Origin: Camelus dromedarius
Lineage: Eukaryota
Direction of reading: 5' to 3'
DNA length: 64,000 nt
Assembly: GCF_036321535.1 (NCBI RefSeq)
Contig: NC_087437.1
Coordinates: forward strand, 64,668,001-64,732,000
Within the stretch, counting starts at the first letter, position 1. Each line of letters opens with the position of its first letter. Under the pieces are notes generated by a model, which worked only from the letters and a program-made list of their open reading frames with translations, searched no databases and had not been told where the DNA came from. The translations under genes were made by a program, and so were the position numbers. Below, in pieces: positions 1 through 12,911 of the stretch.

Positions 1-1
1 A

Positions 2-112
<111 letters not shown>

Positions 113-1117
113 ACCCTTGAGAAATCAAGTAGTAGAACCAAACTGGCAAAAAAAAATTTTTTTTAAGGTTAGGTATTTTAAAAAGATGGTCTCTCTCAAT
201 TTTGTCATGGTTTTGCATTTTTTTTTAACATTGTCTTCGATTATAAGATTTTAAAACCTGTAACCTGAGTTTACAAGGCAAGACATTGGAAAAGCAAGTC
301 TAGATCCCAGGGCTACTGACTTTTAATCTTGAAATCTGTTACTACTTTCTTGTGGCTGTCATTGAACAGATTCCCATTCTATTCCTCTCAATGACTATTC
401 TAGAGGATCAGTGTATTTGATAAATATTTAGAAGTAAGGCTCACAAGACAGGGTGAGTGATTAAATGAGGGGAGCAAGGGAGTTTGGAATAACTAAGGTT
501 TTTGGTTTGGGAGATCAGATGAGTAAGAGAATAAGTCTGGGATGGTGGTGATTGGAGATTTAAGTGACAGCCTACATGATAGGACGTGAGACTGGATGTG
601 GAATCAAGCCTGCAATGGGAAAAATAAGTCATGGTTGTGTTTGTTCTGGCATCTAAAAATTTTAAGTTTTTATCAACATAAAAAGTAAAAATAAACCAGA
701 ACAAAATTAAAAATGACATTTTACTGAAAGGACTCTCACAAACTTGTCAGACTGCCCTCTTCTGATTCTCGGGGCAAGCTCAATGTCTGAATGGTGAGGC
801 TGTGCTCTTTCATTATGTCTGACCCACTCTTCAGACCCAGTTCAGAAAGCACCACTTTGTGGAGTCATACTGCCTGCCTGACTCTAACCAGAGCTGACAG
901 CTGAATAAGCTTTTCTTGCTTCTTTCTATAGCTTCTGTTATAAAGTTCAAAACATGTAATTTACCAGTTTGTATTGTAATGGTTTCAGCAAATTATGAGC
1001 TCTGTGGAGTCAAGTATGTTTTATTCATCTTTGTATTCTGTTTTTGTATATAGAAGGGACTCAAGTCATGTTTGACAATTAAACCACCATCCCAACTTCC
1101 ACTCTTTGCCTGCTTTC

Positions 1118-1123
1118 AATAAA
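1118..1123 (+). terminator. Candidate poly(A) signal (AATAAA) for WDR5B
   Basis: AATAAA ~1 kb after the stop, followed by T-rich sequence. Another AATAAA lies near 690, so usage cannot be determined from sequence. Confidence 0.35.
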
Positions 1124-1350
1124 CTTTTGGAATCAATTCCCCATATGATTATTTTTGTTGATTAAAATGAAAAGTATCTAACCATTGCCTCACATATTAA
1201 CTTTATTCAAACAGGGCTTATAAGAAATATAAAGTGGAAAATGTTTCTGCCCACTTTACCTATAGAGACATGATAAATGTGAAAAAATAATCCAGGAATT
1301 AAGTAAAAAAATAGTACAACAATCATTTAAATGAAAGCAACAAGGGCAAA

Positions 1351-1426
1351 ACTCTTCTTTTGTATCTATAGTACCTTGTAGTGCTCATACTCTTCTTTTG
1401 TATCTATAGTACCTTGTAGTGCTCAT
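1351..1426. repeat. Perfect tandem duplication, 2 x 38 bp
   Basis: ACTCTTCTTTTGTATCTATAGTACCTTGTAGTGCTCAT at 1351-1388 and 1389-1426, identical copies. Confidence 0.95.
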
Positions 1427-2903
1427 GAAATCTGATTTGCTTGACAAGTTCTAATGAATATAAGATGTTAGGGTTACTAGCAAGGTATGACTGCTAAGAA
1501 GTTAATATGTGAGGGTGCTGGGAGAACTGGGATTATATAGGGGCAGTTATGAAATTCTGGTCAAGAAATTTATATTTAACCCCCCCAAAAGCACAATTTA
1601 CTGAATAGAAGACTTGACACAAATGAGAAAATACTGTTTAAATTCTTGCCACATGGTAGCATTTGTGAGCTTTGACTTAATCAAACATATAAATCTCCAA
1701 GATAAAACACTTAAAAATGCTTCTTTAGAAGTTAAAAACGGTATTTTATGAAGAAAGATTACTTACTTTCAACAGAAGTTCACTGAGATTAACTCCTGTC
1801 TAAAACACTGGTTTAGATAAGATGTAACATAAGTGTTCCAAAATAATCAAGAAAAACTAATCTGCTAATATATATATGAAACAATGCTTTTTTTTGATGA
1901 TAAATCTGCAAGTGATAAAAATCAAAGAGCTTGATATCTAAAAAGAGGCTACAGTCAAAGCCCTCTAAAGTATACGACAGACATAATTAACATCTTCAGG
2001 TAGACTATGATGCTGTAGGTGGAGAGGTGCACTACCTCTCACTGAGCATTTTATTAAACCAAATTCCCAAACAGCTACATATATTGCTTTTTAATCTGTT
2101 CTGACCCTTGGGGGAGAACCAGCAGTTGGGATGACTATGAGGACTTGCCATCTGTTGATCCTCATGAAGCATGTGAGAATAAATGAAATATATAAATAGA
2201 ACCCAGCATCCGTACCTAAATACATGACACCGTGGCGTCCCTGTCGAAGTGTAAATAGGATATGTACCAGGTGCAAATGCTTATCCTCAACACTAATTTA
2301 AACACTAATTTAATAAGAAAACACATCTGATAGATTTCTATCATAGAGAAGTTTTGTATAAAGGTAGAAGGAAAAGGACCAGCTGGGAATTCTAAGCCAC
2401 GGAGTGGGAGAGGTGGCTGTGCTGGCACCAAGCTACTCCACGGTGCTAAGATTTCAAAGTCCTCAGAACTTGAGACCAGACATCCATCATCACCCTGCCA
2501 GGACTTTTCCAGAGACTGTTCTAAAAGCCTTTGCCAGCACACACTGGACGATGGCAGAGCATGGTCTGGCTGCTTCTCAGAGCTCTTGAGAAGCACTATG
2601 GCATCTGGGGAGGTTAGTGCTCCAACGTGCCCTGGGCGGTGTACTCAGCTGGCGGTCTGTATCTCTAGAAATGAGGACCCAGGAGAGAGAAATGCAGAAG
2701 TAGAAGCCTTTTTGGCTTCTGGGGAGATGAGACTTCAGTAATAGAAGTTAAAGAAAGATATGGTACCTGACTCACTAAAGAAGAATTAAAGTGCAAATGA
2801 GTTGTCTCATTTTTCATTCTTTCATCTTCTCCAAAAAGCTGAGAGGCTGCATTTGATCTGGATCAAACCTATAAAATATAGACAAGTCATTTCTTTAAGA
2901 AAA

Positions 2904-2909
2904 TTTATT
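2904..2909 (-). terminator. Candidate poly(A) signal for FAM162A
   Basis: TTTATT on + (AATAAA on -), ~110 nt after the FAM162A stop, with T-rich sequence downstream on the minus strand. Confidence 0.6.
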
Positions 2910-3018
2910 TGTAGCTCTAGAGCAGACATAGGGAAACTCATACCACATTCTTTGTTATAGATGCTTGTTGCTGCAACACTTTCTGGATTTTCAAAATCAG
3001 CCAACATGGGTATGTCTG

Positions 3019-3111
3019 CTACTCTGTTTTGGCCTTCACAGCAGCTTCCTCTCTCAGACGAGCTTTCTTTTCTAAGTTCATGCTTGCTAAAGACTCGTTT
3101 CTTTTGGCAGC
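3019..3111 (-). CDS. FAM162A: FAM162A coding exon 5 (last)
   Basis: Acceptor TGTAG|GCT. Encodes AAKRNESLASMNLEKKARLREEAAVKAKTE* with TAG at 3021-3019; 93 nt. Confidence 0.96.
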   Translation of the reverse strand, partial: AAKRNESLASMNLEKKARLREEAAVKAKTE

Positions 3112-4559
3112 CTACAGTGAAACAAATTTGAACAAGTGATTATTGATGCCAGTTTGGGGAGGATGTCATTACCTTGCACTGAAGCTGCCAGGCTGTCGCA
3201 GGCAGTACAGGTGTGGAGGGCCTGCTGTGTGCGTACTGGGCACAGCACTCCCCTCCATGGGGACTCTTCCTAGTGCAGTAGCCCATCCGCCCGGCACAAG
3301 AAAGGAATGGCACACCTCCACCTCCTCCCTCCTGGCTTCTTTCTTTAAATCTTCTAGCCTCTTTTCTCCCTTTATAATTAATTCCTTTGTCTTTCTCTTT
3401 TCCTCTCTTTAGTATTAAATATCTTCTCATTTCCATTTCTGTCCCTTTTTTTCTCCTCTCACTTTTCTTTGTTGCTACCATTTCTCCTCCCCCAACTCAT
3501 TTGTATACTTTCACACCCCTCTGGTTCCTTACTCCTCTTTTACCATGAACATTCAGCTTGGAGGATCCCAGACTTGACCAAATACCACCACCAATGACTC
3601 CAACAGTGTCTGCCCTGCTACTCCGTCCTCTGAGAGCAAACAGCAGGGAGGGAGGCAAACAACCTCTTCCCTTGTTTCCCCATATGACTTGTTACACTTC
3701 TGTGATGCTTACATAAACAAACCAGTTTCAAATATTTTTACCAGAGAAGTGAATACCACCCTACAAGGTGGTATTTTCTTCTATCTGTGTGATTTCACAT
3801 GTAAAGAATCTGGTACTGAGAAGGGAGGAGAATGAGAAGGGTAAACTGGTGGAAAGGACAAAACATACAATGGCTAACTTCTAAATCACATGAAGTTCAA
3901 AAGTTCTTCATTCCAGTAGAGTTGACCAACTTTTTAGTAATGGATAGTTCCATAGAAGAGAAGTGACACAATTTTATGGTTCAGAAGAGGAGAGGAACTC
4001 TATAAATTATACAGCATAAACCCTTGGATGAGGCTAGAGGAGATCTCAGGGAGTGATTTCTTTCTGGAGTATTTACACTCAGCTACTATAATTAAGTAGA
4101 CACAAGCAATGTAGATTTCTCAGAATTCTAGAAACCTCCATGTCCTGTCCACATGCTTCTGTAGGTTTCAGTCTGAGAACTAAGCATGAGAGGTCAAAGA
4201 GGGAGACGGAAGAAGTACTGAAGTGGGGCAGGAACAGAGCTGTCAAGGGAACTTCACCCAGGCCTCCACACTTGCCCTTTGTGCTCCCATCACGTCAGCC
4301 TAAATGGTCAGTACTTCCCATGCCAAGACTCCCAAAGAGGGCCAGAGGGTCATTTCTTTTACTCTGGACTCACTGGGGATAAGGAAGTCAGTTACCACTG
4401 GGCCTGTGGAAGAACCCTTTTAACATCTGATTAATAGGTATAAGACATTTCTCTCCACATGGAAGCTGTGATATATAGAATTAGACATGGAATTAAAATA
4501 AGGGTTTGATCAGTACTGCTGCATATAAAAATAACTACTTTAATCACAGAATAGTACAG

Positions 4560-5000
4560 TATGCAGTTTGGTAACTGGCAAACTTGGCTCTAAACTTTTG
4601 TCTTGCCACTTATTAGCTGTGAAACTTTGGGGAAATTATTTAACATCTCTAAGCTTCAGGTTCTTCTTTTATAAAACAGGGCTAATAAGGGAACATACCT
4701 CTTAGGTTCCTGGGATTAGTGTGGTGATAAATGAGTTTAACAGTATCTGCTATAGAATGAGCACTCAGTAAGTGGGAGCACTTTCACTACCACCTCAATT
4801 AGACAGGTCAGGGTGCAAACTATGGCTCTGCCATTAGGGAGATGTGTGACCTTGGGTAAGTTTTACTAGAGCTTTCTAAACTATGTTTCCTCATCTAAAT
4901 GAGGTCCTAATAATAGCACCTATCTTGCAGTGTTGTTATGAGGTTCAAATAAGATAACACCAAGATACTGGAACAGTGAGTGTTCACTTAGTGATAGCTA
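4560..5000 (+). mobile_element. Two adjacent degraded MIR SINE fragments
   Basis: MIR core-like text twice: 'ccacttattagctgtgaaactttggggaaattatttaacatctctaagcttcag' and 'tgtgtgaccttgggtaag...gtttcctcatctaaatgagg'. Confidence 0.6.
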
Positions 5001-5491
5001 TTAATAATGATCTGATTCCTGGACTTGAATTCCCAGGTACTGCTTAGGAACTTGGATACTATTGGCCCGGTTTGGCTGAATGTCAAGTAAAGAAAGCTCA
5101 CCAGGACTAAGGCAGAGTGAGGATAAATAAGCCCAGGTACTGAGAGTGCTTTAGAGACATGCAAGGAGTCGTCCTTAAATATGCCAGGGTCATAGTTCCT
5201 GTCTCACATTACTCATGACATCTGTGTTAACTAAACATATTTTTTTACTTTACACAAACTAATTTAATCCTCCCACCTTGCCAAAGTTAGGATTTGCTAT
5301 TTATCTTCAGGCATGATACCCCAGGGTTCGATCCTAATGTATTGTTTTGTTTTGTTTTGTTTTGTTTCTTATCATTTCTCATGTGGGAAGTAGCCTCCTC
5401 TTCACAGAGAATAAATACAAGGGTCAACCCCTGACTTCCACTAGGTCTTCTGTGGAAAATACATAGAAATAGAGAGGATGTCCACTCTCAC

Positions 5492-5600
5492 CTTCTTGCC
5501 CTCAATAATCATCAAGATGCATCCTGCCACTGTCAAAGCAATCATCACATAGCTGATCTTCACCCGGATCTTGTTCTTTGCAGCATCAAGCATCTCAAAC
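5492..5600 (-). CDS. FAM162A: FAM162A coding exon 4 (contains the hydrophobic/TM segment)
   Basis: CCAG|G acceptor and AAG|GTGAGA donor. Encodes (S)FEMLDAAKNKIRVKISYVMIALTVAGCILMIIEGKK; 109 nt. Confidence 0.96.
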
Positions 5601-5807
5601 CTGGTAATACAATGAGATCATGAGAGCAAGTTAACTTTCCTCCTTCTAAAGTTTCCAGAAGGATATAAATCTCTGTGTCTCATAAATCAGGAGTAGAGTA
5701 GTGCCTATCAATATAAAAAAGGAGGTGGGGCCTGGAGATCTTGTAGACTTTGGGGAGGATGGAGCATTTTCACCATTCACTTTATACTTCTATATAAAAC
5801 ACAATAA

Positions 5808-8800
5808 GGGGGTGGAGATCAAGATGGAAGAATAGAAGGATGTGGAGCACCTTCCCTGACAAATACATCAAAAATACATCTATGTGTGGAACAATTCTCA
5901 CAGACTAGCCAATGAACGCTGGCAGAAGATCTCATACAACCAAAGCTGCAAGATCGATCGCCACGTAACCGGGTAGGACAAAAGAAAAAAAAAAAGGAAT
6001 CAGGACAAGACCTGCACCCCTGGGAGGGACCTATGAAAGGGGAAAAGTTCCCTCACCCTGGGAACCCCCCCCCCCCACCAACTGGGAGGTCCATTAGGAC
6101 AGAAAAGAGAGCCTCAGAGGCAGTCTGTGGCTTGTGCAGTGCAGTGCGGCAGCCGGCTTGCAGGAGGCAGGACAGACAGAGACCAGCAGAACACAGTACT
6201 GGCCAATCTGCTGCACTTCCCAGGTCAAGATGTGGGCCTACTAGGGTGCGCAGCAGCTGGGTGCTGAAAGTTGGGCTTCAGTGAACAGACCCAAGAGGAG
6301 GATTTTGTTTGGCTGCCTGGAGACAGCCCAAAGGGCCTGGAGTGTGATCTGGGCCACAACTGGGGATGTGCACAGGATGGAGCCTGGGTCTGCCATAGAA
6401 GCCTCATTGTTAACACATGCCAAGGTAGGGGTGTGGCCCAGTCACAGCAGCCTCACACTCAGCGTGTTCAGAGCAGGTACAACTCAGTCGCTATGAGCTC
6501 TGGGAGCATGCAAACACCAGCTGGTTGCCCACACATGGAAGAAGGGCTGAAATATGAGCAGATTTCCAGTGGGTATGGGAATATCTGTGCTAATTACTGG
6601 TTCTCCATAGCTGATGTGGGTCCAGCTCCAGCAGCAATAGGCTTTGTGTGTTCACACACGTGGAAGTGGGGCTGAAATGAGAGCCAATTGCGGGCATTAT
6701 GACAGTGGAGGCGGGGCTGAGGACAGTGCCAAAAGTGTACTTTGTGGGTGCATACAGTGGGTGACATCACAGAGCACAGAGACAGCTCCTGGCAAGGAAT
6801 ACACAGTGGCTCCTTTCCCAGCATAAGTGCTCTAATCCCACCCACCTCACACTATAGCTTACAACTGGATTTGAAGGCTTCTACACCAACAACTGGGGAG
6901 CAGATTCTGCCCCTGGCAGGGCTGTGACAACCAAAGAGCCAACATCCAGTGCAGGCTCTGGTCACCACAACACCAATCACATCCCCATCAAGGAGATAAT
7001 GACCAGCACACCCTGAGGAAAGTCATGGCAGGCATCCATACCAAAAACAGCCCTTGTACCAAAAATATGGGACTCATGCAGGCTACACAGAGATGCTCCT
7101 ACATAAAAATAGCCCTTCAAGACCACAGTAGATAACTGTTTCCCTTAAATTCATAGGTTCAGAGAAATATAAGTAAAATGAAAATAAAGTTAAAAGAATA
7201 AGAGAAATCCCCTGAAAGAACAATGAAACAGACACCACCAGTCTACCAAATGCCAAGGTCAAAAAGGAGGTAAAACAATGCTTAAGGAATTAAGAAAGGC
7301 TATCAATAGAAATGCAAATCATTGTAACAAGGAACTATAAAGAGGAGCCAATCAAAATTAGACAATTGCCAAGGTGAAACCAAGCTTAAGGCAATAAATA
7401 GCAAACTGAATACTGCAGAAGAATGAATAAGTGATCGAGAGGATACAATAATAGAAATCACTCAGTCAGAACAGCAGACAAAAAGACAAATGGTTAAAGA
7501 AAAAAAATGAAAGGAACATATGAGACCTATGGGATAATACAAAGCATGCCAATATATACATAACAGGGATCTCGGAAGGAGAAGAAAGAGAAAAGGGGAT
7601 TGAAAATGTATGGAAGAAATTGTGGCAGAAAACTTCCCAAACCTAAAGAAGGAAACAGATATCCAGGTACCAGAAGCAAAGAGGGCCCTAGACAAGATAA
7701 ACCCAAACAGACCTACACCAAGACATAACATAATTAACAACAAAAGTTAAAGGGAGGAGTCTAAAGGCAGCAAGAGAAAAACAAAGAGTTAGTTACAAGG
7801 GAGCCCCCATAAGGTTATCAGCTGATTTCTCTACAGAAACATTGCAGGCCAGAAGGGAGTGGCAAGATATATCAAAGTCCTGAAAGCAAAAACCTGCAAC
7901 CTAGGATACTCTATCCAGCAAGATTACCATTTAGAATAGAAGAAGAATGACAGAATTCCTCAGATAAGCAAAAACTAAAAGCATAAAGCAACACTAAACC
8001 TATCCTAAAAGAAATACTGAAAGGTCTTCTCTAAATAGAAAAGAAGCAAGAATTTATAGGAAAGGGAAAAATCACTATAGGAAAAGAAAATATATAACAG
8101 GACTGTAGATCACCTAAATAAGCCAGTATATAGATTAAAAAAATTTTTTGTGAAAGCAATTATAATTACAATGAACAGCAAAAGGATAAACATAAAGATG
8201 TAAAATAGAATATCTAAATCATAAAATACGGAGGAGGGGAATAAGAAAATGTAGATTTTTTAGAATGTGTTTAAGCTTATATGATTAATAGTCTAAAGCA
8301 GGTAGATATAGTAATGGGTTAACATACTTGAAAACCAGGATAACCACAAATCAAAAACATACAACAGATTCACAAAACCCAAAAAGAGAACTCAAGCATA
8401 ATAAAAAAGAAACCCTTCAAAGCGCAAAAGGAAAAACAAAAAGACAAAGAAAGGAATAAAGAAGAAATACAAAATCAACTGAAAAACAAGGTTTAAAATG
8501 GTAATAATTTAAGGCAATTAATTACCTTAAATGTCAATGGACTAAAGGCTCCTATCAAAACATACAGAGTGGTAGACTGGATGATAAAAGCCTACGATAT
8601 GCTGCCTACAAAAGATCCACTTCAGGGCAAAAGACTCCATAGAATGAAAGTGAGAAGAAGAAAAAAGTAATTGCATGTAAACGGAAATGACAAAAAAGCA
8701 GGGGAAGCAATACTCATATAAGACAAAATAGACTTTAAAACAAAGGCCATAAAAAAAAGTAAAGACACTATATAATGATAAAGGAAGAGGATATTATACT

Positions 8801-11800
8801 CATTAACATATTTAACATATATACACCCAATACAGGTGCCCCTAACTACATAAAACAAATACTAACAAACATAAAGGGAGAAACTTAATGGTAGGAGATG
8901 TCAGCACCCCACTGACATCAATGGACAGATCTTCCAGGCAGAAAATCAGTAAGGCAACAGAGATCCTAAATGACACAACAGAACAGTCAGACTTAATTAA
9001 TATTTTCAGGACACTACACACACACACCCAGAAAGAATACACATTCTTTTCAAGTGAACATGAAACATTAACTAGGGTAGACCACATACTAGGACACAAA
9101 ACAAGCCTCAACAAATTTAAGAGGGTAGAAATTATTTCAAGCATCTTTTCTGACTACAATGGCATGAAACTAGAAATCAACCACAGATGGAGAAATGAGA
9201 AAAAAAAATGACTCCATGGAGACTAAATAAAATGCTACTAAAAAACCAATGATGAAATCAAGGAAATTAAAAAGTACCTTGAAAAAATGACAATGAAGAC
9301 AAAACCATACAAAGTCTATAGGATATAGCAAAAGCAGTCCTGGGAGGGAAGTTCATAGAGATAGGGCCTTCCTCAACAAAAGAGAAAAATCTCGAATAAA
9401 CAACCTAACCAACCAACTAAAAGAATAAGAAAAAGAAGAACAGACAAAACCTAAGGTCAGCAGAAAGAAGGAAATAAAAAAGATCAGAGAGGAAATAAAA
9501 AAGAGATTAAAAAACCAATAGAAAAAAATCAATCAAACCAAGGGCTGTTTTTTTGAAAGGATAAACAAAATCGACAAACCTCTGGCCAGGATCACCAAGA
9601 AGAGAGAGAACCCAAATAAACAAAATAAGAAATCAAAGAGAAGAAATAACAACCAATACCACAGAAATACAAAAAGCCGTAAGAGAATACTATGAACAAT
9701 TATATGCTAACAAATTGGACAACCAAGAAGAAATGGACAAGTTTCTAGAAACATACAGCCCACCAAAACTGAATCAAAAAGAAATAAATAATTTGAACAC
9801 ACTGATCACTAGAAGTGAAATAGAATGTGTTTTTTTTAAAAAATCCCTGCAAACAAAAGTCCAGGACTGGATGGCTTCAGTGGGGAATTCTACCAAATAT
9901 ACACAGAAGAACTTATACCAATCCTTTTCAGACTATTCAAAAAGACTGAAGAGGAGGGAAAACTCCCAAAATCATTCAGTGAAGCCACTATCACTCAACA
10001 CCAAAGCCAGACAAAGACACTACCAAAAAAGAAAATTACAGAGCAGTATCTTTCATGACTATAGATGCAAAAACCCTCAGCAAAATATTAGCAAGCCAAA
10101 TCCAATAACACATAATAAAGATCACACATAATAATAAAGTTAGATTCATCCCAGGGTCAGAAGGATGGTTCAGCATGCACAAATAAATCAGTGTGATACA
10201 CCGTTTCAACAAAAGAAAGGACAAAAATCACATGATCATGCTAATAGATGCAGAAAAGCATTTGTTAAAATTCAGCATCCACTCATGATAAAAATTCTCA
10301 CCAAAGTGGGTATAGAGGGAACATATATCAACATAATAAAAGCTATTTATGACAACCCACAGCCAACAGAATACTCAATGGTGAAAAGCTGAAAGCCTTC
10401 CTGCTAAAATCTGGAACAAGACAAGGATGCCCACTCTCACCATTTATATTCAACATAGTATTGGACATCCTAGCCATAGCAATCAGGCAAGAAAAGAAAT
10501 AACAGGGATTCAAATTGGAAGGGAAGAGATAAAACTGTCATTATATGCAGATGACATGATACTATATATAGAAAACCCTAAAGACGCCACACAAAAACTA
10601 CTACAACTGATAAACAAATTCAGCAAGGTAGTAGGATACAAGATTAATATACAGAAATCTGTTGCATTTTTTACACTAACAATGAACTATCAGAAAGAGA
10701 AAGTAAAAACAAAGATCCCATTTAAAATCACACAAAAAACAAATAAATACATAAAATATCTAGAAATAAATCTCTCACCAAGGAGGTGAAAGATTTATAT
10801 GCTAAGAACTATAAAACATTGATAAAGGAAACTGAAGATGATTCAAAGAAATGGAATGATATCCCATGCTCTTGGATTAGAAGAATTAATATTGTTAAAT
10901 GACCATACTACCCAATGCAATCTACAGATTTAATGCGATTTCTATCAAATTACCCATGACATTTTTCACAGAACTAGAACGAATAATCCTAAAATTTATA
11001 TGAAACCACAAAAGACCCAGAATTCCCAAAGCAATCCTGAGGAAAAAGAACAAAGCTTGAGGCATAATACTTCCAGACTTCAGACAATACTATAAAGCTA
11101 CAATAATCAAAACAGTGTGATACTGACACAAAAATAGACACATGGATCAGTGAAACAGGATAGAGAGCCCAGAAATAAACCCACATATCTATGGCCAAAT
11201 AATCTTCCACGAAGGAGGCAAGAATATACAATGGAGAAAACAGTCTCTTCAGCAATTGGTGTTGGGGAAGCTAGACAGCCGCGTGTAAGTCAGTGAAGTT
11301 AGAACATGCCCTTGCACATACACAAATATGCTCAAAACTGTTTAAAGACTTAAATATACAAATAGCTCATACAGCTCAATATCAAAAAATGAACAACCCA
11401 ATTAAAAAAATGTGCAGAAGACCTAAATAGACAATTTTCCAAAGAAGACATACAAATGGCACAGGCACATGAAAAGATACTCAACATCAGTAATTATTAG
11501 AGAAATGCAAGTCAAAACTACATTGAGATACATCACATCACATTGGTCAGAATGACCATTATCAAACACTCTACAAATAATAATTGCCAGAAAAAGTGTG
11601 GAGAAAAGGGAACACTCCTATGCCCTTGGGAATGAAACTTGGTGCAACGACTATGGAGAACAGTATGGATGTCCCTTAAAAAACTGAAAATTGCATTATC
11701 ATATGATCCAGCTATCCCACTCCCAGGCATATATCCAGCAAAAACAAAAACTCCAATTCAAAAAAATACATGCACCCCAATGTTCACAGCAACACTATTT

Positions 11801-12515
11801 ACAATAGACAAGACATGGAAGCAACCTAAGTGGCCATCAACAGATGACTGGATAAAGAAGATGTTAAAAAAAAAAAAAAAAGTATTGACACAACATTGTA
11901 AAATGATTATGAATCAATAAAAAATGTTAAAAAAAAAGTGTATATATATATATATATATATGTACACACACGCACACACAAACACACACACACACACAGG
12001 AATATTACTTGGCCATAAAAAAGAAAGAATGCCATTTGTAGCAACATGGTTGGACCTAGAGATTATCATAGTAAGTGAAATAAATCAGAGAAAAGCAAAT
12101 ATCATATGATATTACTCATATGTGAGATCTAAAAAAAATGGCACTAATGAACTTATTTACAAAACAGAAATAGACTCACAGACACAGAAAACAAACTTAT
12201 GGTTATCAAAGTGGAAATGGGAGTAGGGATAAATTAGGAGTTTGGGTTAACAAATAGACACTACCATATATAAAATAGATAAACAACAAGGACTACACTA
12301 TAGCACAGGGAACTATATTCAATATCTTGTAATAACCTAAAACGGAAAAGAATCTGAAAAATAACAGATACAGATATGAATAACTGAATCACTTTGCCAT
12401 ACATCTGAAACTAACACAACACTGTAAATCAACTATATTTCAATAAAAAATAATAATTAAAAAGAGGAATTACAAAAATAAATGTATAAAAAATGTAAAA
12501 AAAAACCCTAAAAAC
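5808..12515 (+). mobile_element. Near full-length, decayed LINE-1 in FAM162A intron 3, antisense to the gene
   Basis: 5' end 'GGGGGTGGAGATCAAGATGG'; GC-richer 5'UTR to ~7.1 kb; A-rich ORF1 relic ~7.2-8.0 kb. ORF2 relics include endonuclease-like MVGDVSTPLTSMDRSSRQKI...RVDHILGHK, RT motif YADD at 10543-10554 and C-terminal YDPAIPL.GIYP...TCTPMF. AATAAA at 12442 precedes an A-rich tail. Many stops and frameshifts. Confidence 0.95.
11941..11997. repeat. (TA)n/(CA)n microsatellite inside the L1
   Basis: tatatatatatatatatata tgtacacacacgcacacacaaacacacacacacaca. Confidence 0.9.
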
Positions 12516-12802
12516 AATGAACTTCACTGTTTAGTCACTTTTGTAGCTAGGAGAGGAAATGAAATCAGCTGACTTCAGAGTACCTGACAGCTCTTCACTA
12601 GGCACTACATAAGATATTAATGATAAGACAGATTTCCCAGCACTGTTTTATTCCAGGTACTTGCCAAAAAGGAAACATTCAGAGAAATGCAAACTTTTAA
12701 AATTTGGTTGAAAGGTTTTAAACAGACTCAGAGGAAATGCTTTTCTTTAAAAGAGATCACTGAAAAATAAAAGTTGCTTACAACCCTAAATTCAGCACTC
12801 AC

Positions 12803-12911
12803 GAGATAGTCTCTGGGATTTCATCTTCCTTTTTGAAGCGACCTGACCATATAAGTATCTTCTTCTCCCAATCCGTAGGTTTATGTAATGGCACCCTGTG
12901 GCTGTAAGTGT
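12803..12911 (-). CDS. FAM162A: FAM162A coding exon 3
   Basis: TTTTCCTCATAG|AC acceptor and TC|GTGAGT donor. Encodes (H)TYSHRVPLHKPTDWEKKILIWSGRFKKEDEIPETI(S); 109 nt. Confidence 0.96.

Noticed and set aside
2216..2596. 126-aa minus-strand ORF between WDR5B and FAM162A
   Set aside because: Non-ATG start and no recognisable domain; consistent with chance.
3140..3481. 113-aa Lys/Arg-rich minus-strand ORF in FAM162A intron 4
   Set aside because: It arises from a CT-rich low-complexity tract, with no recognisable homology or splice support.
8888..11920. ORFs of 75-138 aa with endonuclease/RT motifs as host genes or an active retroelement
   Set aside because: They are fragments of one L1 ORF2 broken by many stops and frameshifts.
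5796..12520. Target-site duplication for the large L1
   Set aside because: The flanks (AAAACACAATAA versus AAAAACAATGAA) are only loosely similar and A-rich, so no TSD can be called.
12902..12911. Alternative acceptor (TTACAG) 10 nt inside FAM162A exon 3
   Set aside because: It would shift the frame; the upstream AG gives the conserved reading frame.
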